Positions 1-9,423 of a stretch of DNA of 64,000 nucleotides are shown piece by piece. Where the stretch lies: positions 3,777 through 67,776 of the forward strand of contig DASRXW010000090.1 of assembly GCA_035654055.1 (NCBI GenBank), written 5' to 3'. Each line of letters starts with the position of its first letter. The first letter of the stretch is position 1. The notes under the pieces were generated by a model. It worked only from the letters and a program-made list of their open reading frames with translations. It was not told where the DNA came from and made no database searches. The DNA comes from Conexibacter sp. Its GTDB lineage: Bacteria; Actinomycetota; Thermoleophilia; Solirubrobacterales; Solirubrobacteraceae. A program made the position numbers and the translations under genes.

Positions 1-451
1 CGCCGAGCGTGAGCTGCCCGGCGCGCGTCGCCATCGGCACGACGACGACCGCCTCCGCGTCGGAGCCGCTGCCGGCCACCTCGCGGATCTCGCGCCGGCT
101 GCGCAGCGTGCGCCTGACCTCCGGGAAGGGGACGCGCAGCTCGAGGTCGGAGTCGGCGCCGACGAGCGGTCGCCCGGCGCGATCGAGCACGACGACCTCG
201 ACGCCGGCGTGGCGGAGTCGGCGCGCGATCGCGAGCAGCGCCGGCGAGCGGCGGCGGATCGCGCCGCGCGGCAGCTCCTCCATCTCCTGGCGCGCCGTGT
301 CGGCGCTCGCGGAGAGGCTGCCGAGCGCGTCGCGCTGCACGCGCTGCTCCAGCGGCGTGAACAGCGCGACCGTCGCGCCGGCGAGCGCGACGACGGCGAC
401 GGCGACGAGCGCCACCACGAGCCGCCCGCGAAGTCCGACGAACAGCCGCAT
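1..451 (-). CDS. Sensor histidine kinase, N-terminal part (runs off the window)
   Basis: Not in the ORF track. ATG at 451 just after the response-regulator stop; reads MRLFVGLRGRLVVALVAVAVVALAGATVALF (TM helix) then an extracytoplasmic segment. Kinase domain not visible. Confidence 0.7.
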   Translation of the reverse strand, partial: MRLFVGLRGRLVVALVAVAVVALAGATVALFTPLEQRVQRDALGSLSASADTARQEMEELPRGAIRRRSPALLAIARRLRHAGVEVVVLDRAGRPLVGADSDLELRVPFPEVRRTLRSRREIREVAGSGSDAEAVVVVPMATRAGQLTLG

Positions 452-460
452 CGCCGATCC

Positions 461-1168
461 CTACGACGCGGCGAGCCGGTAGCCGGCGCCGCGCACCGTG
501 AGGATCAGCACCGGCTGGTCGGGCCGCGGCTCGAGCTTCTCGCGCAGGTGCCGCACGCGCACGTCGATCCCGCGCGGGTCGCGGTAGGCGCTGTCGCCCC
601 AGATCGCACGCAGCATCTCCTGGCGGTCGAACACACGCCCCGGCTCCGCCATCAGCGCCTGCAGCAGCTCGAACTCCGAGAACGTCAGCTCGACCGGGCG
701 GTCGTCGATCTTCACCTCGCGACGCACGCGGTCGAGCACGAGCGGCCCGACCCGCAGCACCTCGTCGCCGAGCGCGCGCGAGCCGGCGCGCCGCAGCACC
801 GCGCGGATGCGGCTGCGCAGCTCGGCCGGGCCGAATGGCTTGGTGATGTAGTCGTCGGCGCCGGCCTCGAGGCCGAGCACCGCGTCGCCCTCGCTGTCGA
901 GCGCGGTCAGCATGATGATCGGGACGACGTTGCGCCGCTCGCGCAGGATGCGGCAGACGTCGTGGCCGTCCGGGCCGCTGCCGAGCGCCACGTCGAGCAG
1001 CACGACGTCGAAGTGCTGCGTGCTCGCGCGGTCGATCGCCGCCCAGCCGTCGGTGACCGCCGTGACGCGATGGCCCTGGCGGGCGAACAGGCGCGAGAGC
1101 ATCTCGCGCAGCTCCGACTCGTCGTCGACGACGAGGATCTCCAGCGACGTGTCGGCCACAGACTGCAC
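461..1168 (-). CDS. OmpR/PhoB-family response regulator
   Basis: Receiver motifs ILVVDDE, VLLDV, IIMLTA, GADDYITKPF; winged-helix LTFSEFELL...TVRGAGY. Confidence 0.95.
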   Translation of the reverse strand: MQSVADTSLEILVVDDESELREMLSRLFARQGHRVTAVTDGWAAIDRASTQHFDVVLLDVALGSGPDGHDVCRILRERRNVVPIIMLTALDSEGDAVLGLEAGADDYITKPFGPAELRSRIRAVLRRAGSRALGDEVLRVGPLVLDRVRREVKIDDRPVELTFSEFELLQALMAEPGRVFDRQEMLRAIWGDSAYRDPRGIDVRVRHLREKLEPRPDQPVLILTVRGAGYRLAAS

Positions 1169-1169
1169 G

Positions 1170-2018
1170 CTAGCGTGCGGCGACCGTCAGCCGTGCCTGT
1201 GTCGGCGCCAGGCGCCAGGCGCCGACGCCGATCGCGACGAGCGCGAGCAGGTGCGCCAGCGCCGACGCGGGCCCGCGGCCGAGCGGGTCGCCGAGCACGA
1301 GGACGCCGCCGAGCGTCGCGACCGCGTTCGTCGCGGCGGTCATCAGCGCGACGACCGGCACGGCGGCGCCGGACTGCAGGCCGCGCTGGAAGCAGAGGAA
1401 CGCCCCGGCGCTCAACGGCAGCACGGCGGCGACCCAGGCGACGGCGACGGGCGTGCCGCCGTGACCGGCCGCGACCGTCGCCGCCTTCGTGGCAGCGTCG
1501 GCGGCGCCGTAGAGGATCCCCGCCGCCGCGCCCAGCAGCGGCGGCGCAGGCCGCCGTGCCGCGAGCACCGCGGCCGCGCATGCGGCCACCGCGAGATAGA
1601 CGACGAGCGCGCCCGCCGGCACGGCGGACGCGACTCCGGGCGCCTGCGCACCGGCGGCGAGCAGCACGAGCGCCGCGACCATCAGCCCGACCGCCGCCAG
1701 CTCGCCGCGCGAGAGCCGCTCACGCAGCAGGCGCGTGCCGGCCGGCACCGCGAGCGCGAGCCCGCCGGCTCCGAACGCCTGCACGAGCGACAGCGGCGCG
1801 TGCGCGAGCGCGCCGACGTGCAGCGCCCAGCCGAGCAGCCCCACGCCCAGCCCTGCCGCCCACGTGCGCGAGCCGAGCAAGCCGCGCAGCGTGCGCAGCG
1901 GGTGGCGGGGGGCGACCGCCGGCGCCGCGCGGCCGCCGACGTGCTGGAGCAGGTAGCTGCCGTTGAGCGCCAACGACGCGAGCAGCGCGAGCGCCAGCCC
2001 GACTGCCAGCGAGCTCAC
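1170..2018 (-). CDS. DMT/EamA-like multi-pass membrane protein
   Basis: Hydrophobic C-terminal part of ORF 1170..3386; GTG at 2018 overlaps the upstream stop (GTGA); ALAHAPLSLVQ motif. Confidence 0.75.
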   Translation of the reverse strand: MSSLAVGLALALLASLALNGSYLLQHVGGRAAPAVAPRHPLRTLRGLLGSRTWAAGLGVGLLGWALHVGALAHAPLSLVQAFGAGGLALAVPAGTRLLRERLSRGELAAVGLMVAALVLLAAGAQAPGVASAVPAGALVVYLAVAACAAAVLAARRPAPPLLGAAAGILYGAADAATKAATVAAGHGGTPVAVAWVAAVLPLSAGAFLCFQRGLQSGAAVPVVALMTAATNAVATLGGVLVLGDPLGRGPASALAHLLALVAIGVGAWRLAPTQARLTVAAR

Positions 2019-3655
2019 CGCGCGTGCACCCCCGCCAACGCGGGCACGACCGGCGCCGCAACGCCCGGAAGGGCCGCCGCGGGCGCCCCGACTGGAGCCG
2101 GCACGACGCCGGTCGGGCGTCCTGCCGGCTGCCAGCGCCGCGACAGCGGGGGCGTAAGTGGGGCCCGCACGTACGCCTCGGCCTGCAGCACGCGCAGCGC
2201 CGCGAGCGGCAGGTCTCGGCGGCGGCGGTACAGCAGGTAGCGCGGCTGCCAGTCGGGGACGAACTTCGCGTTGAAGCGCGCGAGGCGCTCGAGCTGGAAG
2301 CGGCCGTGCACGCTGCGCAGCAGCCCGCGGAGCACGCGCCGTCGCAGGCCGAGCGTGGCCGGGTCGACCGCCATCACGTGCGCGAAGCCGGCGAAGTTGA
2401 GGCTGACCTCGGCGACCTCGGCGGCGGCGGCGTGACGCAGCGCCTCGACGACCATCGTCTCGCCGAGGCCGTTCGGCTCGGCGACCTCGCCGCGGCGCAT
2501 CGCGTCGAGCGAGAGCCCGCTCCCGGAGCCGTACGGGACGAACCGCAGGAAGGCGCGCAGCGCGCCCGCCGGGTCGCGCGCCAGCACGTACACGGCGTCG
2601 AGGTCCTCGGGCGCGCCCCACAGCCGCCCGAGCGTCATGGCGAAGCCGCACAGCCGCCGCTGGCGCGCCTGCCAGCGCTGCTCGACGCCGTCCAGCTCGG
2701 CGATCGCCGTCTCGTCGAGCGCGCGCGCCGGCTGCGCCTCGACGTCCCAGCCCGCGCGTCCGACGCGCGCGACCGCCTGGCGCACCTTGCGCACGCGACG
2801 ACCCTCGAGGCTGAAGGCGCGCGGGTCGACGAGTGCCTCGGCGCCGATCTCCAGCGCACGCATGCGGCAGTCCCGCAGCGCCGCCAGCCCGGCCGGCGAG
2901 ACGCCGGTCGCGCAGACGCTCCAACCGCGCTGCGCCGCGTGCGCGGCGAAGCTGTCGAGCACCGCCGCGGCACAGCCGGACGGCCCGATCGGATCGCCCG
3001 CGACGACCGCCGTGCGCCCGACCACGCGGTAGGCGAGCATGCCGCCCGCGGCGAAGTGGAACGTCTTGTCCTCGCGCAAGGCGAACGGGTCGAGCGGGTC
3101 GCGCCCGTGCTCGGCGACGAGCCGCGCGGCCCGCTCGTGCTCGTGCGGCGCATGACCAGCGCGCGCCGGCTCGCGGCGGCCGGCGGCGCGGGCGCGGCGC
3201 GCCGCCCACAGCCCGGCGAGCAGACCGAGCAGCAGGGCGGCGAGCTCGGCCCACAGGCCGCGGTGGCGCAGCTGGGGCTGCAGCCGCGGGACGACGCGCC
3301 CGGAGTTCTCGACCGCGTCCGAGGCGGCACCGCCGAGCACCAGCAGCGCCCACGCGAGCACCCCCGTGGCAGTCGCCACGCTCCACAGGGGCACCCGCGT
3401 GAGCAATCCGATCAGCAGCCCGGCGGCGACGCCGGCGAACGCGAAGGCGATCGCCACGCGCACGAGCGGCTGCGCCGCCCCACCTGCCAGCGCCTGCAGC
3501 GGGAGCGCGCCCGCGACCTGGCGGCCGTCCGGCAGCAGGCGGTCGCCGCGCAGCAGGTAGAGGATCCCGAGCCCGCTCGGCGCCGCCAGCACGGCGACGA
3601 TCAGCGCCGCGACCGCCCGCTCCGCCCGCCAGATGATGCGCAGCGCCGTGCTCAT
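2015..3655 (-). CDS. Membrane protein with MprF-like aminoacyl-lipid synthase domain (DUF2156)
   Basis: ATG at 3655 (ATGA overlap); N-terminal TM helices, then FALREDKTFHF, VAGDPIG, SLDAMRR, NGLGE, SLNFA, RFNAKFVPDWQPRYL. Confidence 0.88.
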   Translation of the reverse strand: MSTALRIIWRAERAVAALIVAVLAAPSGLGILYLLRGDRLLPDGRQVAGALPLQALAGGAAQPLVRVAIAFAFAGVAAGLLIGLLTRVPLWSVATATGVLAWALLVLGGAASDAVENSGRVVPRLQPQLRHRGLWAELAALLLGLLAGLWAARRARAAGRREPARAGHAPHEHERAARLVAEHGRDPLDPFALREDKTFHFAAGGMLAYRVVGRTAVVAGDPIGPSGCAAAVLDSFAAHAAQRGWSVCATGVSPAGLAALRDCRMRALEIGAEALVDPRAFSLEGRRVRKVRQAVARVGRAGWDVEAQPARALDETAIAELDGVEQRWQARQRRLCGFAMTLGRLWGAPEDLDAVYVLARDPAGALRAFLRFVPYGSGSGLSLDAMRRGEVAEPNGLGETMVVEALRHAAAAEVAEVSLNFAGFAHVMAVDPATLGLRRRVLRGLLRSVHGRFQLERLARFNAKFVPDWQPRYLLYRRRRDLPLAALRVLQAEAYVRAPLTPPLSRRWQPAGRPTGVVPAPVGAPAAALPGVAAPVVPALAGVHAR

Positions 3656-4608
3656 GCGAAGTGGGCGCTCGCGAAGCGCAGCATCTGCGGCAGGTGCGCG
3701 CGCCACAGCGCCCAGTTGTGGCCGCCGGGGTACTCGGCCGTGGCGACGTGGCCGCCGGCGGCGCGGAAGCGCTGCGCGAAGGAGACGGTGTCGGCGTGGC
3801 TCGTGATCTTGTCCTGCGTGCCGCGGTAGACGAAGGCGTACGTCGGCAGCACGGCGAGGCGAGGGCGCAGGGCGCCGACGTACGCTCTCGGGCTGTTGGC
3901 GTCGAGCGTCCGCTGGGAGGCGCCGGTGAACGACTGCGTCGGCGTCTGCGTGAAGTAGCCGGACCAGCTCTCGAACGTCCCGAACGTGGCGAGCCGGTGG
4001 AGCGTCACGTTGGCGGCGCCGTAGCCGCCCTCCGAGAGCCCGGCGATCGCGCGGTCGCCGCGAGCCGGGATCGTGGCCCAGCGGTGGTCGACCGCACGCA
4101 CGGCGTCGATCACGAAGTCCTCGTAGCGGCCGGCCTCGGCGTTCGCCCACTCGGTGTCGTTGCCGTCCTTCGACGTGTGCCCGTCGGGGATCACGACCAG
4201 GAACGGCCGGATGCGATGGGTCGCGATCAGCGCGTCCATGCGCATCTGGAGCGCGCCGATCGTGAGGTAGCCGAGCGGGCTGCCGGGCGGCGCGTGCAGC
4301 AGATAGAGGACCGGGAAGCGGCCGCCGGCGCGCGCGGCGGGGTCATAGCCCGGCGGCAGGTAGAGCGCGGCCGTGGCGCGGCGGCCGAGTGCCCGCGAGG
4401 CGAAGTGGATCGTCACGACGCGACCCGCGGGCGCGCCCGGGACCTGCGTCGGCGGCGGGAAGCCGCGGTAGCGCTCGTAGCTCACGACGTAGCGCACGAG
4501 CCCGTAGATCCCCGCCGCGAGCATGATCGCCGCCGCCGCGGCCATCGCCACGAGGCGCACGGAACGGGGTCCCCGCGCGACCCCCGACGGTGGGGCGATC
4601 CAGCTCAC
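3652..4608 (-). CDS. Membrane-anchored or secreted alpha/beta-hydrolase esterase (Ag85/Fes-like)
   Basis: N-terminal hydrophobic helix; YLPPGY, PVLYLLH, nucleophile GLSEGG, C-terminal GGHNW. Confidence 0.88.
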   Translation of the reverse strand: MSWIAPPSGVARGPRSVRLVAMAAAAAIMLAAGIYGLVRYVVSYERYRGFPPPTQVPGAPAGRVVTIHFASRALGRRATAALYLPPGYDPAARAGGRFPVLYLLHAPPGSPLGYLTIGALQMRMDALIATHRIRPFLVVIPDGHTSKDGNDTEWANAEAGRYEDFVIDAVRAVDHRWATIPARGDRAIAGLSEGGYGAANVTLHRLATFGTFESWSGYFTQTPTQSFTGASQRTLDANSPRAYVGALRPRLAVLPTYAFVYRGTQDKITSHADTVSFAQRFRAAGGHVATAEYPGGHNWALWRAHLPQMLRFASAHFA

Positions 4609-4751
4609 GGCAGCAAGCTACGGCGCCCGACATGACGCCAATGGGTGTTCATGTTGCCGTTGCGTTACCGCGCGCGGAGCGCGGACGTCCGCAAGCGGCG
4701 ACGTGACGGCGGCGGACCGCTCCGCTGACGACGACGCCGGCGCCGGGGCCG

Positions 4752-5225
4752 CTACGCCCCGACGCGCTGCACGTGGAACGTGCGCGCGCCGCCCGGCGTC
4801 GCGACGGTGACGGCGTCGCCCTCACGGGCGCCGAGCAGCGCGACGGCGACGGGCGACTCGATCGACAGGCGGCCGTCTCTGGCGCTCGCCTCGGCGGCGC
4901 CGACGATCGTGTAGGTGGCGACGCGGCCGCTCTGCTCGTCGCGCACCTCGACGGTCGCGCCGAAGCCGACGACGCCGTTCGGCGTCGCGCTCGCCTCGAC
5001 GACCTTCGCGCCGCGCAGCCGCTCCCGCAGCCGCTTGATGCGCGTCTCGAGGTGCGCCTGGTCCTCCTTCGCGGCGTGGTACTCGCCGTTCTCCTTCAGG
5101 TCGCCCCACTCGCGCGCGGTCTTGATGCGCGCGGCGACGTCCGCACGCGCGACCGTCTCGAGCTGCTCGAGCTCGGCGCGCAGCGCGTCGAGCCCCTCCT
5201 GCGTGATGGCATAGCCCTCTGTCAT
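4752..5225 (-). CDS. greA: Transcription elongation factor GreA/GreB family
   Basis: ATG at 5225; AREWGDLKENGEYHAAK and SIESPVAVALLG motifs. Confidence 0.92.
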   Translation of the reverse strand: MTEGYAITQEGLDALRAELEQLETVARADVAARIKTAREWGDLKENGEYHAAKEDQAHLETRIKRLRERLRGAKVVEASATPNGVVGFGATVEVRDEQSGRVATYTIVGAAEASARDGRLSIESPVAVALLGAREGDAVTVATPGGARTFHVQRVGA

Positions 5226-5306
5226 CGCGACAGTGTCGCAGGGCGGGGGTGGAGGCCGCCCCGTCCGCCCGGGACGCGCGATCCGTCGTCTACCGTTGGC
5301 GATCAG

Positions 5307-7541
5307 ATGCGGCTCGTCCCCTCCCCTCCGAACGTCGATCTGCGCGTGGACCCGGAGCGGGGGCGGATCGTGGTGCTGTCGTTCCCCTACGACGCGCAGC
5401 TCGTCGCGGTCGTGCGCGGGATCCCCCACCGCCGCTTCGACTGGGACGCGCGCGAGTGGTGGGCGCCCGTCGAGGACTGGGTCGCGCACCACGTCGCGGA
5501 CGTGCTGCGGCGCTTCCCCGAGCTGATCCCGAGCGACGCGGTCGGCGCCTGGCTCGGCGAGGTCGAGCGGCGCTGGCTCGGCCGCGTGACCACGACGCGC
5601 CACGACGGGCGCGGCTGGTGGGTGCTGGAGACGGCGGCCGGCGAGGTGCCGGAGGCGCTGCGGGAGGGCGCGATCGAGCGAGGCGGGCGGGATGGGTCCG
5701 GGGAGGCCGGCGAGCCGGCGGCCCGCGCGACGCTGCTCGTCCCGCTCACCGAGTCCAACGCGCACGTGCTGCGCGAGCAGGAGTCGGCGCGGATCGACGC
5801 CGCCGCCGAGCGCTGCATCGCCGCGCTGGAGCTGGGCGACGACCCTCCGCCCGCGCGGCTCGTCGCGACGCACGGCGTGGACGGCGCACGGCTGCGGCTG
5901 GAGGTGCTGTGGGACCCCGACACCGGCGCCGCGTTCACGGCGCTGCCAGGCGCCGAGGGCGCACGGGTGATGCCGGTCGACCCGTGGCTGTACGAGCCGC
6001 TCGAGGCGTTCCTCGCGCTGCACGGCGTCGAGGTCACGTCGATGGCGGTGCCGGTGCTGGAGCGGCTGCGCGCGGAGGCGGCCGAGGCGGCGGCGGCGAT
6101 CCGCGCCTCGCGCGCGACCGAGGCCGAGCCGATCGCCGCGGTCGCGGCGGTGCTCGGCGGCACGCTTGAGCCGTTCCAGTGGGCGGGCGTCCGCTACGTG
6201 CTGAACGCGCGCCGCGCCTTCCTCGCCGACGAGCAGGGGCTCGGCAAGACGGTCGAGGCGCTCGCCGCGCTGGAGGCGGACGGCGCGTTCCCCGCGATCG
6301 TCGTCTGCCCGGCGTCGCTGAAGCTCAACTGGGAGCGCGAGACGGCGCGCTGGCTGCCGCACCGCAGCGTCGCGCTCGTCGAAGGGCGCGTCGCGGTGCC
6401 CCCGCGCGCCGACATCCTGATCCTCAACTACGAGCTGGTCGCGACGCAGCGCGAGCTGCTCGCGCGCCGGCGCCCGCGCGCGCTCGTGCTCGACGAGTCG
6501 CACTACTGCAAGAACCCGCAGGCCAAGCGCACGCGCGCGGTGCGACGGCTCGCCGAGGGGCTGCCGCACGACGCGCTGCGGCTCGCGCTGACGGGCACGC
6601 CGGTGCTCAACCACGCGGACGAGCTGATCTCCCAGCTGCGCGTGCTGGGCCGCCTGGAGGACTTCGGCTCCGGCGCGCGCTTCAGAGCGCAGTTCCGCGG
6701 GCCGCTGACGGAGGAGCGCCTGCACTGGCACCTGCGCCGCCGCTGCTTCGTGCGCCGTCTCAAGGCGGAGGTGCTGCCGCAGCTGCCGGACAAGCGCCAG
6801 GTCGTCGTGCCCGTCGTGCTCGACAACGCGCGCGAGTACAAGCTGGCGGAGGACGACGTGATCGCCTGGCTGCGCGAGCAGCCGCTCGACCTCTCCGAGC
6901 TGAACGCGAAGATCGCTGCGACGCTGCGCGCGCAGCGGCTCGCGCAGCTCGGGACGCTCCAGCGGCTGGCGGCGCGGGGCAAGCTGCACGCCGCGCTCAC
7001 GTGGATCCACGACTTCCTCGCCTCGGGCGAGCCGCTGGTCGTCTTCGCGCGCCACGTCGAGGTGCAGGAGGCGGTGCTGGAGCGCTTCCCGGATGCGCTC
7101 CACCTGCTCGGGCGCGACACGCAGCAGGCGCGCGAGGACGCCGTGCGCACGTTCCAGGGGGAGAACGGCGCCGCGCCAGCCGCCGAGTCGCCGCAGCTGA
7201 TCGTCTGCGCCACGCGCGTCGCCGCGCAGGGCATCACGCTCACGCGCGCCTCGAACGTCGCGTTCCTCGAGCTGGAGTGGACCCCCGCGATGCACGACCA
7301 GGCGGAGGACCGCTGCCACCGCATCGGCCAGCACGACGCCGTCACCGCCTGGTACCTGCTCGCCGCCGGCACGATCGACGAGACGATGGCCCGCCTGATC
7401 GCCCGCAAGCGCGGCCTCGTCGCGGCCGTCACCGACGGCAAGCGCCTCGACGGCGACGGCCTCGTCGAGGCGGTCGTCAGGGAGCTCCGCGACGGCCGGC
7501 CGTTCCGCCACCTCAAGACGGTGACGGAGCCGGCTGCCTGA
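5307..7541 (+). CDS. SNF2-family helicase (SMARCAL1/HARP-like)
   Basis: ATG at 5307; ADEQGLGKT, DESH, LTGTP, QAEDRCHRIGQ; N-terminal SFPYD...RGIPHRRFDWDAREWW. Confidence 0.9.
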   Translation: MRLVPSPPNVDLRVDPERGRIVVLSFPYDAQLVAVVRGIPHRRFDWDAREWWAPVEDWVAHHVADVLRRFPELIPSDAVGAWLGEVERRWLGRVTTTRHDGRGWWVLETAAGEVPEALREGAIERGGRDGSGEAGEPAARATLLVPLTESNAHVLREQESARIDAAAERCIAALELGDDPPPARLVATHGVDGARLRLEVLWDPDTGAAFTALPGAEGARVMPVDPWLYEPLEAFLALHGVEVTSMAVPVLERLRAEAAEAAAAIRASRATEAEPIAAVAAVLGGTLEPFQWAGVRYVLNARRAFLADEQGLGKTVEALAALEADGAFPAIVVCPASLKLNWERETARWLPHRSVALVEGRVAVPPRADILILNYELVATQRELLARRRPRALVLDESHYCKNPQAKRTRAVRRLAEGLPHDALRLALTGTPVLNHADELISQLRVLGRLEDFGSGARFRAQFRGPLTEERLHWHLRRRCFVRRLKAEVLPQLPDKRQVVVPVVLDNAREYKLAEDDVIAWLREQPLDLSELNAKIAATLRAQRLAQLGTLQRLAARGKLHAALTWIHDFLASGEPLVVFARHVEVQEAVLERFPDALHLLGRDTQQAREDAVRTFQGENGAAPAAESPQLIVCATRVAAQGITLTRASNVAFLELEWTPAMHDQAEDRCHRIGQHDAVTAWYLLAAGTIDETMARLIARKRGLVAAVTDGKRLDGDGLVEAVVRELRDGRPFRHLKTVTEPAA

Positions 7542-7550
7542 GGCCGGCTC
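7527..7550 (+). terminator. Hairpin across the helicase stop codon
   Basis: GAGCCGGC-N8-GCCGGCTC inverted repeat; no U-tract. Confidence 0.4.
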
Positions 7551-7625
7551 TGTCGGGGATCCGGCGGCGATGAGCTGAGTACGCGTCGCACGCATGGCCG
7601 ATGCCGGGCGTACCATCGGCGTTCG

Positions 7626-7808
7626 ATGACCGCGGATCGGCTCCACATCGATCGTGACGCCTGGCGCGCCCTCGATGCCGAGCAGCGCCGCCTGCTGCAA
7701 CCGACCGGCCTCTCGATCGAGGAGAAGCTGCGGCGCGGCCAGCGTCTGTCCGCCCAGGCAGCCGCGCTGCGCCGCGCGATCGTCCGCGATGAGCCGTCCG
7801 CCCGTTGA
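7626..7808 (+). CDS. Small protein (60 aa), putative antitoxin partner of the downstream nucleotidyltransferase
   Basis: TACCAT -10-like hexamer upstream; overlaps the next gene; LSIEEKLRRG helix. Confidence 0.5.
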   Translation: MTADRLHIDRDAWRALDAEQRRLLQPTGLSIEEKLRRGQRLSAQAAALRRAIVRDEPSAR

Positions 7809-8226
7809 TCCCGACCTCGCCGCCGTCACCGCGGCGCTGCTCGCCGCCGGCGCGACGTTCGTCGTCATCGGTGGATTCGCGGTGATCGCGAACGACTTCG
7901 TGCGCGCGACGGAGGACGTCGACTTCCTGATCCCCGACGACGACGCCAACGACCGCGCGCTCGACGCGGCGCTCGCAGCGCTCGACGCGCGCTGGCTCGC
8001 GCCGGAGCGGCCGTATGCGGCAGGCGACCTGGCCGGACGCGAGCACCGCCGGCTGTGGACGCATGCCGGGCTGGTCGACGAGCTGCGCGAGATCCACGGC
8101 GGGCTGCCGATCGATCCGCTGCCGGGACTGGACTCGTGGCATTCCCGAAGCATGTTGAGAAGATTTGCGATATTTCTCAATGTGACGTATTCTCCCTCGC
8201 ATGGATCGCGACCAGCTCGTACGTGA
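7789..8226 (+). pseudogene. Probably decayed polymerase-beta-type nucleotidyltransferase
   Basis: VVIGGFAV...RATEDVD signature is present but the protein is short, and after GLDS (TGG at 8137) the frame runs through the next gene's promoter. Confidence 0.5.
8155..8193 (+). promoter_or_regulatory. Sigma70-type leaderless promoter with overlapping operator-like inverted repeat
   Basis: TTGCGA(8165-8170)-N17-TATTCT(8188-8193), ATG 7 nt later; TTGAGAA-N12-TTCTCAA at 8155-8180. Confidence 0.65.
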
Positions 8227-8872
8227 CCTCGTGCGCCTGCGCCGCGCCCACCGCCGACATCCCGCCGATGAGGATCTCGCCGCGGTTCGCGCGGATCTGG
8301 AGCTTGCGGCCGGACCGACGGTCGGTCGGGCTGCGTCCGCGCGATCGCTGGGCGTGAGCCAGACGGCGCTCGACCGCTGGATCGCGGAGGGCGACGTGCC
8401 GGTGGTCTTGACGCCCCGTGGACGCCGCGAGGTGCCGCTCACCGCGCTGCTCGATCTGCTCGACGCCGTCGAGGCCCATCGCGCGGAGCGGCGTCCGCTC
8501 GCGGCGGCGCTGCGCGCTCGCCGCGCGAATGAGGTCGCGCGGCGGCCGGCGACGACACGAGGGCGGGGGCACCGCGCCGCCGAGCTGCACGGCCTTGCCT
8601 ATCACCGGGCGGTTGCTGCGCAGCTCGACGACGCGACCGTCGCCGACGTGCGCGTCCGCCTGCAGGGCTGGCGCGACGCCGGGCGCATCCATCCGCGGTA
8701 CGCCGACGAATGGGAACGGCTTCTCACGGGTCCGCGCAGCCAGCTCGCAGCGATCCTCCGCGCCGACGACGAGCACGCCGCCGCGCTGCGTCAGAGCAGC
8801 CCGTTCGCGGGAGTGCTCGGCGAGCATGAGCGTCGCGCGCTGCTCGGCGTGGCCGGCGACGCGGCTGCATGA
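8201..8872 (+). CDS. HTH-containing protein, putative antitoxin or regulator
   Basis: ASARSLGVSQTALDRWI helix-turn-helix; ATGA overlap with the next gene. Confidence 0.7.
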   Translation: MDRDQLVRDLVRLRRAHRRHPADEDLAAVRADLELAAGPTVGRAASARSLGVSQTALDRWIAEGDVPVVLTPRGRREVPLTALLDLLDAVEAHRAERRPLAAALRARRANEVARRPATTRGRGHRAAELHGLAYHRAVAAQLDDATVADVRVRLQGWRDAGRIHPRYADEWERLLTGPRSQLAAILRADDEHAAALRQSSPFAGVLGEHERRALLGVAGDAAA

Positions 8873-9423
8873 GACGTGAGGACCTCGAGCACGTGATCCG
8901 CGCGGCTGCGGCCGTCGCGGACGACGACGAGATCGTCGTGATCGGCAGCCAGGCGATCCTCGGCCGGCTGCCGACCGCGCCGGACGCGCTGCTGTGGTCG
9001 CAGGAGGCCGACGTGTACCCCCGATCGCACCCGGAACGCGCCGAGGCGATCGACGGCGCACTCGGCGACGGCTCTCAGTTCCACGCCGCGTTCGGCTACT
9101 ACGCGCACGGCGTCGGACCCGAGACGGCGAAGGCCCCGGCGGGGTGGGAGCAGCGGCTGGTGCCCGTTCGCGTGCCACGCAGCCCGCGCGACGGGACGCT
9201 CGTGACCGGCTGGTGCATGGAGCCGCACGACGTCGTGCTGGCGAAGTGCGCAGCCGGCCGCGAGCGCGACTGGGAGTTCGCGCGCGAGGCGATCCGCCAT
9301 GGCGCAGTCGACGCGGACGAGCTGCTGCGCCGCGCCGACGACCTGCCGCTGCCCGCGCCACAGCGCGAGCGGGTCGCGAGCCTGCTGCGCGGGATCGTCG
9401 CCGCCGTTCGCGCGGCGGATTAG
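8869..9423 (+). CDS. DUF6036-like nucleotidyltransferase, putative toxin
   Basis: LEHVIRAA...IVVIGSQAILG...SQEADV...FGYYAHGV...AKCAAGRERD pattern. Confidence 0.78.
   Translation: MRREDLEHVIRAAAAVADDDEIVVIGSQAILGRLPTAPDALLWSQEADVYPRSHPERAEAIDGALGDGSQFHAAFGYYAHGVGPETAKAPAGWEQRLVPVRVPRSPRDGTLVTGWCMEPHDVVLAKCAAGRERDWEFAREAIRHGAVDADELLRRADDLPLPAPQRERVASLLRGIVAAVRAAD

Noticed and set aside
4752-8180. 1142-aa GreA fusion ORF
   Set aside because: Only the last 157 aa are GreA; the rest is antisense to the SNF2 gene.
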